Positions 28,356 through 37,307 of a stretch of 48,785 nucleotides of DNA are shown here, piece after piece. The notes under the pieces were generated by a model that made no database searches, was not told the origin of the DNA, and worked only from the letters and a program-made list of their open reading frames with translations. Numbering within the stretch: the stretch's first letter is position 1; each line of letters begins with the position of its first letter. The stretch is from Nitrosopumilaceae archaeon (lineage in GTDB: Archaea > Thermoproteota > Nitrososphaeria > Nitrososphaerales > Nitrosopumilaceae): NCBI GenBank assembly GCA_035456305.1, contig DATIDL010000156.1, positions 1 to 48,785 of the forward strand. Reading direction: 5' to 3'. The translations under genes and the position numbers were made by a program.

Positions 28356-29771
28356 CTATACGAACTTGATTTTTGATCTTTCTGCATGTACTGTACAAAT
28401 CGCTTTTTCTATATTATCTGAAACATCTTCAATCACTATGATGATTCGTGAAGTTTCTTCTTGTGCATCCATATTTAGAATGTTCAAGCCTGCATCACCA
28501 ATCTTTGAGCTGGCCTTTGAAGCAATTTGTTGTACACGCCACATTTCATCACCTATCAAAGTGATTACTCCTCTGTTATAGGTAATAGTAGCTAATGAAT
28601 CGAATGCAAGTACGTATCTCTCATTTCTTTTAATATAATCTGCATCCAGAAACAGAATTCTCGTAAATTCAACATCGTCCTTTGTAAACGGTGACAATAC
28701 TACAAATTCACTGTATCTTTTTTCATTTTCAAGTGACTCGAACAATTTTTGTGCGGCGGTACTTTCTATTCTTAAAATAGCACAGTTTTTCTTACCTGTG
28801 ACTATTTTTAGTGGATGACCGTTTTTACTCTTGGGTTTTCTCTCAATCGTTGTTGTTTTTTTAGGATTGTTCATGTCTGTTATTATTATTGGTATGTCTA
28901 TGCCATTTTCTACAATTTCCTTGATAGCTATAGGATCCAGTATTTTCATGCCAAACATTCCAGCGATTCTTGCTTCATTATAGGACAGAGTATCTATCTC
29001 ATCTAATTCCTCTTTTACTATTCTTGGATCTGCAGAAAGTACAGAGTTATCCTTCTCAAAGTCTATTTTTGTATTGTACTTTTTAGAAAATAAAATGCCT
29101 AAATCTGCAGCCGTTCTATCAGAACCTCCCCTCTCATAGGTCGTTTCCAACCCATCTGTTGTTTTACCAATGAATCCCCCAATTGATAATACGTCATTTT
29201 TTTCAAGTAGTGCTTCTACTCCGTTCATACTTTGGGCAGAGTGGGTGGCAAGAAAGTTTGCAGATTCTATATTCTTGTCTGTTATTATGGGCCATATGTC
29301 AAATCCTACTGCCTCTGATTTTATATTGGAACTTTTTAGAACATAATCCATAACATACGACATCAGGATTTCTCCGGAGTAAGCAAGTGTACTTGATCTT
29401 ATTACGTCTGAGAATTCTTTCTTTTCTGCAGCTTGTTTGATAGATTTAGATGCCTTTTCCAAGAATGAGTCGATTGTTTTTTTACATTTATCTTGATGCT
29501 CTTTATTTACAAATTCCAAAATTTTCTGATATGGTTTTTTTAATTCATCCATATTTGGAATTTGACCCGTCTGTGCTTTTTGACCTATCATCAATGCAAT
29601 ATCTGTAAGAGATCTTTGTTTGCCTTCATACAATGTGAGTGGTGCAGAAAAAACAGCAATTACCTTTGAATCTGACTTTAATTGGTTTATTCTCTTAACT
29701 ATGACCGGAATCATTTTTCCGTCTATTCCTATTGCACTGCCTCCAAACTTGGCAACTACTAGGTTTTTCAA
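28356..29771 (-). CDS. lysC: aspartate kinase
   Basis: VVAKFGGSAIG amino-acid-kinase N-terminus, YERGGSDRTAADLG, and C-terminal ACT-like repeats. TTG start, with CTTTATACAA 25-34 nt upstream. Confidence 0.8.
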   Translation of the reverse strand: MKNLVVAKFGGSAIGIDGKMIPVIVKRINQLKSDSKVIAVFSAPLTLYEGKQRSLTDIALMIGQKAQTGQIPNMDELKKPYQKILEFVNKEHQDKCKKTIDSFLEKASKSIKQAAEKKEFSDVIRSSTLAYSGEILMSYVMDYVLKSSNIKSEAVGFDIWPIITDKNIESANFLATHSAQSMNGVEALLEKNDVLSIGGFIGKTTDGLETTYERGGSDRTAADLGILFSKKYNTKIDFEKDNSVLSADPRIVKEELDEIDTLSYNEARIAGMFGMKILDPIAIKEIVENGIDIPIIITDMNNPKKTTTIERKPKSKNGHPLKIVTGKKNCAILRIESTAAQKLFESLENEKRYSEFVVLSPFTKDDVEFTRILFLDADYIKRNERYVLAFDSLATITYNRGVITLIGDEMWRVQQIASKASSKIGDAGLNILNMDAQEETSRIIIVIEDVSDNIEKAICTVHAERSKIKFV

Positions 29772-30114
29772 AACTTGATTAAAATCTCAAAATCCTTGTA
29801 TAAAGCATTGGATGAAAATTTGACCAAATAATTCACATATGATGTAATTTCAAAGAATATCTGAGATTTTACTCTCATGTACATGTAATGATTTCTACGC
29901 ATTCTTTAATATGTTGAATGTCAAAATAAGCGCATGAGGATTATTATGCCCCTACGAGGTGCGACAATTGAAGGAAATTGAAAAAGGCGAACTTTTCAAA
30001 GACAATAACACAAATCACATACTGCAATATGTTCCTGGCGTTGGGTTAGTGCATAACGAGACTCTGTGTAAAGAAATTACGGGCTGTATTAATTTCCAAC
30101 AAAATAACTGAAAG

Positions 30115-31128
30115 TCACAATAATGCTTTTATCAGATCCGCTGTTTTCTGTGCACCATCAAACATTTGTGGATCTCTTTTTTCATTCAATTTATTTGGAA
30201 TTAGAGATTCAAGATGGTCCAAATCTTCAAATGAAAAACCAATTTGTTTTGCATTTTCTTCTTGTTCAAAATGACCTTTTATTGGAATAAAAATACCAGG
30301 AGTTCCAAAATATTTTGCTTCATCTATTGTTGATTTTCCTGCAAGTGAAATTATCAAATCTGATGCATAAATAAACTCATGTAGATTATTGACAAAACCA
30401 AGGTTCCGTATTTGGCTGTCTGAAATTTTCAAAGAAGGGCCAGAAACAATGAACATGTCCGCATCAAGATGTAGTTCTTTAAAGACATGCATTGCTCTTT
30501 CTATTAGAAACTGACCAGAGCTGGTACCGCCAATGCTGACTAGAATTGTTTTCCTATTAAAAGAAAACTTCTTTCGTAATTCCTCCCTGGAATGATTAGT
30601 CTTTCTTACTATAGAGCCAACTCTCATGATATTTCCTTCACTTGGACCGTTTTCTGGGAGAATGACCAGATCACATTTTTGTATCATGTTCATCATAGAA
30701 TGATTCATTTTCTTTTCAATCATGGAGCCAATTCCTTTCACAAAGCTGGTTTTTAGAACATCCGTAATCAATACTGTTTTCATTTTCTTTTCTTGAGCTA
30801 TGCCTAACGATGCAAAATCTTCATCACTTACAACCAATCTTGGGTTTTCATCTTCAATTATTTTTGATGAGATAGTTTTGCATTCTTTATAATAGGAATA
30901 GTATCTGAAAAGCCACCTCAGAGGGTTTTTCAGATTGCCATTCTTAATTTCAAAAAATGGTGGTCTGTATGCGTTTTCTGCTTGGAATCCACAATCTGAA
31001 AACAACGCGTAGGCCCCCTCACCGCTCACAAATTTTATTCTGGTGTGATCAAGGCATTGAGCTATAGCCACATCACGAGTTGCGTGTCCAAGACCTATTG
31101 GACTAGAAAAGAAAGCTACATCTACCAC
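30115..31128 (-). CDS. GT-B glycosyltransferase (MurG/GT28-like)
   Basis: N-terminal FFSSPIGLGHATRD and C-terminal SLAGKSTIDEAKYFGTPGIFIPIKGHFEQEENA donor-binding motif. GTG start. Confidence 0.65.
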   Translation of the reverse strand: MVDVAFFSSPIGLGHATRDVAIAQCLDHTRIKFVSGEGAYALFSDCGFQAENAYRPPFFEIKNGNLKNPLRWLFRYYSYYKECKTISSKIIEDENPRLVVSDEDFASLGIAQEKKMKTVLITDVLKTSFVKGIGSMIEKKMNHSMMNMIQKCDLVILPENGPSEGNIMRVGSIVRKTNHSREELRKKFSFNRKTILVSIGGTSSGQFLIERAMHVFKELHLDADMFIVSGPSLKISDSQIRNLGFVNNLHEFIYASDLIISLAGKSTIDEAKYFGTPGIFIPIKGHFEQEENAKQIGFSFEDLDHLESLIPNKLNEKRDPQMFDGAQKTADLIKALL

Positions 31129-31188
31129 ACGTTAAATTGCTGATGTGATAATTTCTACATTTTTCTTTTTTTACAAAATTCTCAAAGT

Positions 31189-31195
31189 TTAAATG
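31189..31195 (+). promoter_or_regulatory. TATA box (TTTAAAT) for tRNA-Val
   Basis: Lies 24-30 nt upstream of the tRNA 5' end. Confidence 0.45.
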
Positions 31196-31218
31196 CATTT
31201 TTACTTGGAGCTTTTATT

Positions 31219-31292
31219 GGGTCCATAGTCCAGCCGGTTATGACGTCGCCCTTACACGGCGAAGATCCAGGGTTCGAATCCCTGTGGACCCA
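31219..31292 (+). tRNA. tRNA-Val (anticodon UAC)
   Basis: GGGTCCA TA GTCC AGCCGGTTA TGAC G TCGCC CTTACAC GGCGA AGATC CAGGG TTCGAAT CCCTG TGGACCC A. 74 nt. It abuts the stop of the radical SAM gene on the other strand. Confidence 0.88.
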
Positions 31293-32195
31293 TTAAAATC
31301 CTCTAAATCCTTGTGGTCTGCAAAGTTCAGGATGTTCTTTCAGATATGATATTTTCTCAAGTATCATGTTTTTGTCCTCTGGAAAAGTGCCACCTATTGG
31401 ATATGCGTTAGAGCCATGGTTTGCTCTAAATATGATCGGAGATTTTGTTTCAATCTTGCTTACCATATTTTCCAGCTCTACTAGTGCATCAGCATCATCA
31501 ATGGGAATAAACGGCTCCTTGAATTTTGTCATAAATTCTTCTCTTATCCCATCTTCTATGTGTAGTGTCAGTGCACCAACATAATGCGGTGATGTTGCGC
31601 TAATTACTTTGGCGGTATCATCAATGTGTTCTTTTGAGTGTGTTTTTCCACCAAGACCCAGTATTATCATACAGGAAATTACATACCCTGAATCTTTTGC
31701 TTTTTGACATGCTTTGATTATGGTCTGACCAGTGGCTCCCTTTGTTACTTTTTTCAAAATTTTATCAGAACCACTTTCTATTCCTATGTAAAACATGGTA
31801 AGACCAGCATCATACATTTTTTTCAAATCTTCTGCTGACTTTTCAAGCAAATTTTTTGGCATTGCATAGCATGATACACGTTCAATTTTTGAAAATTTCT
31901 GGCGAATGTAATCAAGAATCTGTATCATTCTTTCTGTAGGAAGATTTAACGCATCTCCGTCTGCCAGAAAAATTCTCTGCGTATCAGGCATGTGTTTTGC
32001 TGCAAGATCAATTTCCATTTTTATCTCATCCCATGGTCTTTCCACATATTCTTTGGTTCTGTACATGTTACAAAACGAACACACGTTAAAAGAGCAACCA
32101 AGAGTTACTTGAAAAATGAGAGAGTTTGCCTCAGAAGGTGGCCTGTAAAGTGGATAATCATATGAAAGCATAACCAATTCTTGTATTCTGTTCAA
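31293..32195 (-). CDS. radical SAM protein with Cx4Cx2C cluster motif
   Basis: YRPPSEANSLIFQVTLGCSFNVCSFCNMY, with Cys spacing C-x4-C-x2-C as read. TIM-barrel-type remainder (FLADGDAL, GIESGSD). TTG start at 32195 or ATG at 32171. Confidence 0.8.
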   Translation of the reverse strand: MNRIQELVMLSYDYPLYRPPSEANSLIFQVTLGCSFNVCSFCNMYRTKEYVERPWDEIKMEIDLAAKHMPDTQRIFLADGDALNLPTERMIQILDYIRQKFSKIERVSCYAMPKNLLEKSAEDLKKMYDAGLTMFYIGIESGSDKILKKVTKGATGQTIIKACQKAKDSGYVISCMIILGLGGKTHSKEHIDDTAKVISATSPHYVGALTLHIEDGIREEFMTKFKEPFIPIDDADALVELENMVSKIETKSPIIFRANHGSNAYPIGGTFPEDKNMILEKISYLKEHPELCRPQGFRGF

Positions 32196-32235
32196 TTTAT
32201 CGGTTATTCTGGGTTAAACTCGTATTTCATAGGTA

Positions 32236-32249
32236 TTGCTTTAAAGCAA
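32236..32249. promoter_or_regulatory. perfect 14-bp palindrome TTGCTTTAAAGCAA containing a TTTAAA box
   Basis: Lies in the 71-nt divergent spacer. Its centre is about 25 nt upstream of the TTG start at 32267. Confidence 0.35.
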
Positions 32250-32266
32250 GATTTCAAAATTAACTA

Positions 32267-32953
32267 GTGTTGAATACAGAATTGCCAAGAGACTTGGTTC
32301 CAAAGTTTTTTGACAAAACTGCAAGAACTTATGATAAAATAGTAAACCTAACAACTTTTGGCAGAGATAAATATTGGAAAAAAGAAATACTAAAAAAAAT
32401 TCAAAACTGTAACTCCGTGCTTGATCTTGCATGTGGTACAGGAATACTAACATTTCAAATAGCCAAACAACTCCCTAATGCAAAAATAACAGGAATTGAT
32501 GTCACAGAAAGCTATTTGGATATTGCTCGAACAAAATTAAAACCACATCACAATATTTCCTTTTTACATCAAGATGCAGAAAAGCTTGATTTGAACACAA
32601 AATTTGACTGTATTACTTCCTCATACATTCCAAAATATTGTAAATCTGAAACTCTCATTAAAGTATGCATCGAGCACCTAAATCCGGGTGGAAAAATCAT
32701 TCTACATGATTTCACATATCCACAAAACAAACTAGTCAGGACATTGTGGGATTTCTATTTTATAATATTGAATCTAATGGGATTTTTTATTCCAAATTGG
32801 AAGAAAGTATTTTCAGATCTGCCAAATTTGATAAGAACGACAAGATGGTTGGATGAATACGAGAATGCGATGAGGGCACACAATTTATCAACAGTGCGTC
32901 AATCTCTAACCTGGGAATCGTCAGCTATTCTTACAGGTACTAAGATGGTCTAA
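32267..32953 (+). CDS. UbiE/MenG-like class I SAM-dependent methyltransferase
   Basis: N-terminal FFDKTARTYDKIVNLTTFGRDKYWKKE (UbiE/MenG-type) and SAM motif I VLDLACGTGILT. TTG start. Confidence 0.75.
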   Translation: MLNTELPRDLVPKFFDKTARTYDKIVNLTTFGRDKYWKKEILKKIQNCNSVLDLACGTGILTFQIAKQLPNAKITGIDVTESYLDIARTKLKPHHNISFLHQDAEKLDLNTKFDCITSSYIPKYCKSETLIKVCIEHLNPGGKIILHDFTYPQNKLVRTLWDFYFIILNLMGFFIPNWKKVFSDLPNLIRTTRWLDEYENAMRAHNLSTVRQSLTWESSAILTGTKMV

Positions 32954-33358
32954 TCTGATCTCTTCGTATATCTGAAACCATATGCGTTCGTCATGTACAA
33001 TTTCATAATCACGTGTTATTTTTTTCGTATCGGGTGCAATTTCAATATTGCCCATTTTTCGTTGTACTTTGATTTTGTATTTATAAAGTATTTTTCCTAT
33101 GCCCTCTTTTTTTAACAATAACTCAGACATTATTTGCTTTGGAAGGATTTTTGAATCAAACTTTACAGTAGCTAGAATAATTGGAAATTGTTCAGAAGAT
33201 ATTACTATTTTTCTAATGTATTCTGTTTCTGATATTGGATGCTGTTCTATTACTCTAAACTGTACTGGTTTTTTTAGAATTTCTGAAACTGTTTGTTCTA
33301 CATGCCCAACAGGTGTATTAAGCAATGCTTTTGACAAAAGATCTAGAACAACTGCCAC
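32921..33358 (-). CDS. chorismate lyase-like (UbiC/DUF98-fold) protein
   Basis: The pattern TVSEIL..PVQFRVIEQ...IRKIVI...ILATVKF...GIGKIL...ITRDYEIVHD..IWFQIYEEI resembles, from memory, DUF98/UbiC-like proteins. GTG start. Convergent 33-nt overlap with the methyltransferase. Confidence 0.45.
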   Translation of the reverse strand: MAVVLDLLSKALLNTPVGHVEQTVSEILKKPVQFRVIEQHPISETEYIRKIVISSEQFPIILATVKFDSKILPKQIMSELLLKKEGIGKILYKYKIKVQRKMGNIEIAPDTKKITRDYEIVHDERIWFQIYEEIRLDHLSTCKNS

Positions 33359-33382
33359 AAGTATGATATCATATCAATTCAA

Positions 33383-34069
33383 TTAAGTCTGTCTCAGAAT
33401 GAAATATGATACTGTAACTACAATGACTCCAATACTGATTAATTTCAACACAGTTTCCTTTCTGCGTGTTTCTGAATAACTAGACTCTTGGTGTTTAAGC
33501 TCTTTGTATTTTCTTGAGGTTTTAATCAATATGTAGCTCAATATCCCAGCTATTCCTGCTACCACAAGCGTTTCGGATGATATGGTATTTGCTTGAATTG
33601 CAGAACCTGCAAAAACAGGCAGAACTCCCCATGATATTACAAATGAAATATTGTTATGAAATCTTCCCTTGAACCATTCAAGGTTATAAGCAAAAAGAAA
33701 GAACGACTCGGCAATTCCTATTGGAAACAATAATGGTGAATCCAAAAATGCATAGTATAATCCAATTACAAATGCGATTGCTAAAGAAAGTAATGAAATT
33801 AGCAGGACATTTCTTTTTGATAGCGTACCCCATGGCTTGTTTTTGCTGCCTAGTGAATCCAGACAATGTGCAGATATTCCAAGTGCAAAAAAATACAAAA
33901 TACAGATTGCCGCAAGTCTTTCTACAGAAAAACCAGCTACAAATGAACCCCATGCAGCAAATGATACTACCATTCCTGTATATGGCAAGAACAATATTCC
34001 TATGCCTACTCTGAAATTTTTAGAACCAAATTTAGGAACAAACCATTCTGATAACCTATCTTTTGACAT
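33383..34069 (-). CDS. polytopic membrane protein (about 7 helices), unknown function
   Basis: Hydrophobic helices throughout. No Asp-rich prenyltransferase motifs are visible. Confidence 0.6.
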   Translation of the reverse strand: MSKDRLSEWFVPKFGSKNFRVGIGILFLPYTGMVVSFAAWGSFVAGFSVERLAAICILYFFALGISAHCLDSLGSKNKPWGTLSKRNVLLISLLSLAIAFVIGLYYAFLDSPLLFPIGIAESFFLFAYNLEWFKGRFHNNISFVISWGVLPVFAGSAIQANTISSETLVVAGIAGILSYILIKTSRKYKELKHQESSYSETRRKETVLKLISIGVIVVTVSYFILRQT

Positions 34070-34104
34070 TATTTCTTAATGACTTTTGTAACTTATATTG
34101 TTGA

Positions 34105-34854
34105 TTAAGATGGAATTTCTGGAAGTATAAAATCAAATCCAGAAATCATTAAACTTCCAACAAGAAGACTAGTAGCTGCACTAGCTATGCTTGCATATTT
34201 GTATATCTTGTAAGATTTTAGAGACTGGATAAATCCCGTAGATATCATTATGCCAAAAACAAGATTTGATACTATTATACCAGCTACAAACACGACAAGC
34301 GCAGTGACACCTAGAATCATTCCTAACCCCAGTGACATGGCAAAAACAGCAAGCTGTGTAGGGGATTCTGCACCAATCCCATGTATCATACCGATTAGAA
34401 ACGATGAGTGTTGACCATAGCCATTCTCAAACACTCTTCGTTGAGGTATAGTACGTCCAAATAACTTGCTTCCTAATTTAGAATAAATGAACAGTATGCC
34501 ATTTGCAATTATTGTAAACCGTGTTGCAGCTCGAAATTCTTTTTGTCCTTTCTTTGCAAGATGATAAACAATGTAACTTCCTAAAATGATTAGAGTGACC
34601 CCTACTGCTTTTCCTATTACTTCATCTAATATCTGTGGAACCGAAATGCCAAGTAATATTATGGATGTACCAATAGAAATCACTACGAGTGCATGTCCAA
34701 GAGAATAAAACAATGTAAGAAATGCTGCTTGTTTTTTTCTTGCTTGGGTGTTTGTAACATCTGTTATTGCTACCATGTGGTCATAGTCAAAACCATGGCG
34801 AAATCCCAGAAATAAAGATGTGAGAAAAAGAAGTGAGTCGATCACAGACTGCAC
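34105..34854 (-). CDS. NicO/HoxN-like transition-metal permease
   Basis: RHGFDYDHMVAI resembles the H-x-x-D-x-D-H signature of Ni/Co transporters. A second motif is GMIHGIGAESPTQ. About 6-7 hydrophobic helices. Confidence 0.6.
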   Translation of the reverse strand: MQSVIDSLLFLTSLFLGFRHGFDYDHMVAITDVTNTQARKKQAAFLTLFYSLGHALVVISIGTSIILLGISVPQILDEVIGKAVGVTLIILGSYIVYHLAKKGQKEFRAATRFTIIANGILFIYSKLGSKLFGRTIPQRRVFENGYGQHSSFLIGMIHGIGAESPTQLAVFAMSLGLGMILGVTALVVFVAGIIVSNLVFGIMISTGFIQSLKSYKIYKYASIASAATSLLVGSLMISGFDFILPEIPS

Positions 34855-34886
34855 TGATTTTCGTATTATTTAAATTCTTTAGAGAA

Positions 34887-35327
34887 TTAAAAACTGCTTT
34901 TAGTATTTGATAACGATGAAATCCTTCCTTTGTATTTTTCTTTGTACAACGTCCTGCAAGAAGTACAACAAAAGAATCTTTCAAAGTTTGCAAATTTTAG
35001 AATACTTGGTTTTCCTTCTACTTGCCCTTTACAATAATCACAGGACATTTTCACGAGCATTTCCTTTCTGAGTTTTACATTGTGGTTTTTTATCGTCTTA
35101 TCATGTATTTGGCCAAGGCGTGTGCCTGTCTTGGTTTCAAGTTTTCCCAAGTCTAAGACTGGCAGAACTGCTTTTATCAGGCCCACATTGATCAGCCTCT
35201 CGTATCTGGCCTTTACTGTAGGTGTGCTTACCTTGATCTCTCTTGAAATCTGTCTAAATGATTTCCTACCATCTTTTACAAGTGATTCCAATATCGAAAT
35301 GTCAACATCATCTAACTTGAAGGGCAT
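34887..35327 (-). CDS. Lrp/AsnC-type HTH regulator fused to a C-terminal TRASH-type metal-binding domain
   Basis: MPFKLDDVDISILESLVKDGRKSFRQISREIKVSTPTVKARYERL (HTH_AsnC), then CDYCKGQ...FFCCTSCRTLY (TRASH/YHS-like Cys pattern). ATG at 35327 is preferred to the tracked 35408. Confidence 0.75.
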   Translation of the reverse strand: MPFKLDDVDISILESLVKDGRKSFRQISREIKVSTPTVKARYERLINVGLIKAVLPVLDLGKLETKTGTRLGQIHDKTIKNHNVKLRKEMLVKMSCDYCKGQVEGKPSILKFANFERFFCCTSCRTLYKEKYKGRISSLSNTKSSF

Positions 35328-35350
35328 ATCTACTTGTAGATTCTTTCCAT

Positions 35351-35397
35351 ATTTGTACATTTTACAAATGTTAAGATTGTGTTGTTTTACATTTGTA
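35351..35397. promoter_or_regulatory. three ATTTGTA/TACAAAT half-sites (candidate operator)
   Basis: ATTTGTA at 35351-57, its inverted copy TACAAAT at 35363-69, and ATTTGTA at 35391-97 inside TTTACA-TT-TGTAAA. All lie in the divergent spacer between the regulator and the DsbD-like gene. Confidence 0.35.
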
Positions 35398-35437
35398 AAG
35401 TCCGACATTTAATTATCCATCTGCCTCTAAAATAAAC

Positions 35438-36433
35438 ATGTCAATACAGGTTACAGCTAGAAAACTAACAACAATAGTTTCTTTCATTCTCTTCTCACTT
35501 GTTTTTCTTGGCATAATTTTTTCACTGACTAATGATGTTATGGTTAAAGGAAATGAAGACGTATCGTATTTGTCATGGTTAGTAATTTCATATGTTGCAG
35601 GTCTTTCTATGATAATTTTGCCATGCACTCTACCGCTTGTCTTCATAATAGTTCCATTAAGCATGGGACAAAATTCTAAGAAAGGATTAGTCATGGCTTT
35701 ACTGTTTGGTATTGGCCTAACAATTACTATAACAGCTTATGGGACTGGTGTTGCAATACTTGGCAAAACTGCATCATTAGATCAAATCTCAGTTGTGATG
35801 TTTCTTATTGCAGGCATTGCGGCTTTTATGTTTGGATTATCACAGCTAAAACTTGTTACATTAAAATTGCCATCTTATTCAGGGACTCCAAAATTCATAC
35901 AAAACCGTGGAGATTATTCCAAGTCTTTCTTTATGGGAATTTTATTGGGAAATGCAGGAGTTGGTTGTCCAAATCCATTGTTCTATTGGTTGTTAATTCA
36001 TATTGCAAACGTTGGAAGCATAGAAGTTGGTGCATCACTCGGACTTGTTCATGGAGTAGGACGAGCAATTCCTCTCATCCTCATGTCTGTTCTTGCAATT
36101 ATGGGCATTAATGCCACAAAGAATCTTACATCAAAAAGAGTTCCTATAGAAAAGGCGACTGGCTGGATGCTTGTTGTAATTGGTTCATTTCTAATAATCA
36201 ACGGATTACCCAGTGGACATCAATGGTACGAAGAAACATTCGTGCACATAGCATGGAATAACTTGGTGTCTATCACACCAATTCCGCCAGAGTTCCATGT
36301 TGGCCAACACATGCATGAAAATGTGTATGGTATTGAAATTTCTAAAAACTACATCCCAACTCTACTTTTTGGTTTGATAATGACACCAGTTTTATGGTAC
36401 CTGATAAAGAAGAGAAAAGTGGTGATATCATGA
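35438..36433 (+). CDS. DsbD/CcdA-family thiol-disulfide transmembrane electron transporter-like protein
   Basis: Polytopic protein. IILPCTLPLVF matches the conserved Cys-containing first helix of CcdA/DsbD-beta proteins, and a second Cys lies in NAGVGCPNP. TTTAATTAT lies 23-31 nt upstream of the ATG. Confidence 0.7.
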   Translation: MSIQVTARKLTTIVSFILFSLVFLGIIFSLTNDVMVKGNEDVSYLSWLVISYVAGLSMIILPCTLPLVFIIVPLSMGQNSKKGLVMALLFGIGLTITITAYGTGVAILGKTASLDQISVVMFLIAGIAAFMFGLSQLKLVTLKLPSYSGTPKFIQNRGDYSKSFFMGILLGNAGVGCPNPLFYWLLIHIANVGSIEVGASLGLVHGVGRAIPLILMSVLAIMGINATKNLTSKRVPIEKATGWMLVVIGSFLIINGLPSGHQWYEETFVHIAWNNLVSITPIPPEFHVGQHMHENVYGIEISKNYIPTLLFGLIMTPVLWYLIKKRKVVIS

Positions 36434-36573
36434 AAGATCCTGTTTGTGGAATGGACGTGGGTGAAAAAGGCGAGTCGCTTACTCATGATGGAAAAGAATA
36501 TCGATTTTGCTGTGCTAGCTGTAGATGGGCCTTTGAAAAAAATCCAGAACAATTTGTAGGAAAGGAATCATGA
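36430..36573 (+). CDS. YHS-domain metal-binding protein (47 aa)
   Basis: Hand translation: MKDPVCGMDVGEKGESLTHDGKEYRFCCASCRWAFEKNPEQFVGKES, the classic YHS pattern DPVCGM...Y.FC...C. ATGA start/stop overlaps at both ends (36430-33 and 36570-73). Not in the ORF track. Confidence 0.75.
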   Translation: MKDPVCGMDVGEKGESLTHDGKEYRFCCASCRWAFEKNPEQFVGKES

Positions 36574-36803
36574 AAGTAGAAATACTGACAACCCCAGGCT
36601 GCTCAAATTGCAGTGTCGTTGAAAAAATGTTTGATGAAGCAGGCATTCCATACAAAGTAATAGACGTGACTGAAAATCCAGAATATCTACAAAAATATCC
36701 AATATACACAGCGCCAGGTGTAGTCATAGATGGAAAATTAGAATTTAGTGGAGTGCCAAGAAAAAAAGAATTCAATGAAAAATTGGAAAAACTAAGATCA
36801 TAA
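36570..36803 (+). CDS. small thioredoxin-fold protein (glutaredoxin-like, CxxC)
   Basis: 77 aa. MKVEILTTPGCSNCSVVEKMF...YTAPGVVIDGK is typical of minimal archaeal thioredoxin/glutaredoxin-like proteins. Confidence 0.75.
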   Translation: MKVEILTTPGCSNCSVVEKMFDEAGIPYKVIDVTENPEYLQKYPIYTAPGVVIDGKLEFSGVPRKKEFNEKLEKLRS

Positions 36804-36854
36804 GGTATCAAGATATTAGATTTGATTTATTTGTAAGTATCATACAGTAGTTTT

Positions 36855-37307
36855 GTGAAACAAGAGTACAAAGAATATCTAAAGCTAAACAAGAACATCA
36901 TCCTTGGATTTGCAGCATCTATCTGTGTTTCAACTGTAGCAGCACATCTCTTTTCAGAACAAGAAGCTTACCTTAACGCCACATTCACACTCGTAGTAGA
37001 CTATGTAGTGTATTTCACTACATTTGGGGGCTTGTATTATATTGATAACAGGAAGAAATACAGACTAGAATCTGGAGAAACTGACAAGATTTCACTAAGA
37101 AAGGATCTCATAAAGATAATCTCTTCTCTGGGAATTGGAGAAGTTGTATATACAATAGCACGATGGTTTTTACAATACTATTTTCTTACAATAGGATATG
37201 ACGCATATCTTGCATCTTTGGTATCGCAATCTACATCCACTGTTATCTATATGCTTGTAGTAAACATCAGTGTCAAATTGACAAGGTTGTACAAAGATGG
37301 TACTTAG
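36855..37307 (+). CDS. membrane protein, four helices (GtrA-like topology)
   Basis: ORF with four hydrophobic segments. GTG start. The function is not established. Confidence 0.45.
   Translation: MKQEYKEYLKLNKNIILGFAASICVSTVAAHLFSEQEAYLNATFTLVVDYVVYFTTFGGLYYIDNRKKYRLESGETDKISLRKDLIKIISSLGIGEVVYTIARWFLQYYFLTIGYDAYLASLVSQSTSTVIYMLVVNISVKLTRLYKDGT

Noticed and set aside
29830-29925. C/D-box-like elements (ATGATGT ... CTGA ... ATGATTT) with imperfect flanking complementarity
   Set aside because: There is no D box next to the 3' stem, and the box order and spacing do not fit a C/D sRNA.
29957-30049. Small plus-strand ORF in the 343-nt lysC/glycosyltransferase spacer
   Set aside because: Careful position-by-position translation gives only 30 codons from a GTG, with no motif. 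My first, longer reading was a transcription slip.
33383-34069. UbiA-type prenyltransferase call for the 228-aa membrane protein
   Set aside because: There is only a vague resemblance (AHCLDSLGSKNKPWG). Both Asp-rich motifs are absent and the protein is shorter than UbiA-family enzymes.
35328-35408. 27-codon N-terminal extension of the Lrp-TRASH regulator
   Set aside because: Lrp/AsnC proteins normally start a few residues before the HTH (MPFKLDDVDISIL). The extension is made of AT-rich palindromic promoter-like sequence.
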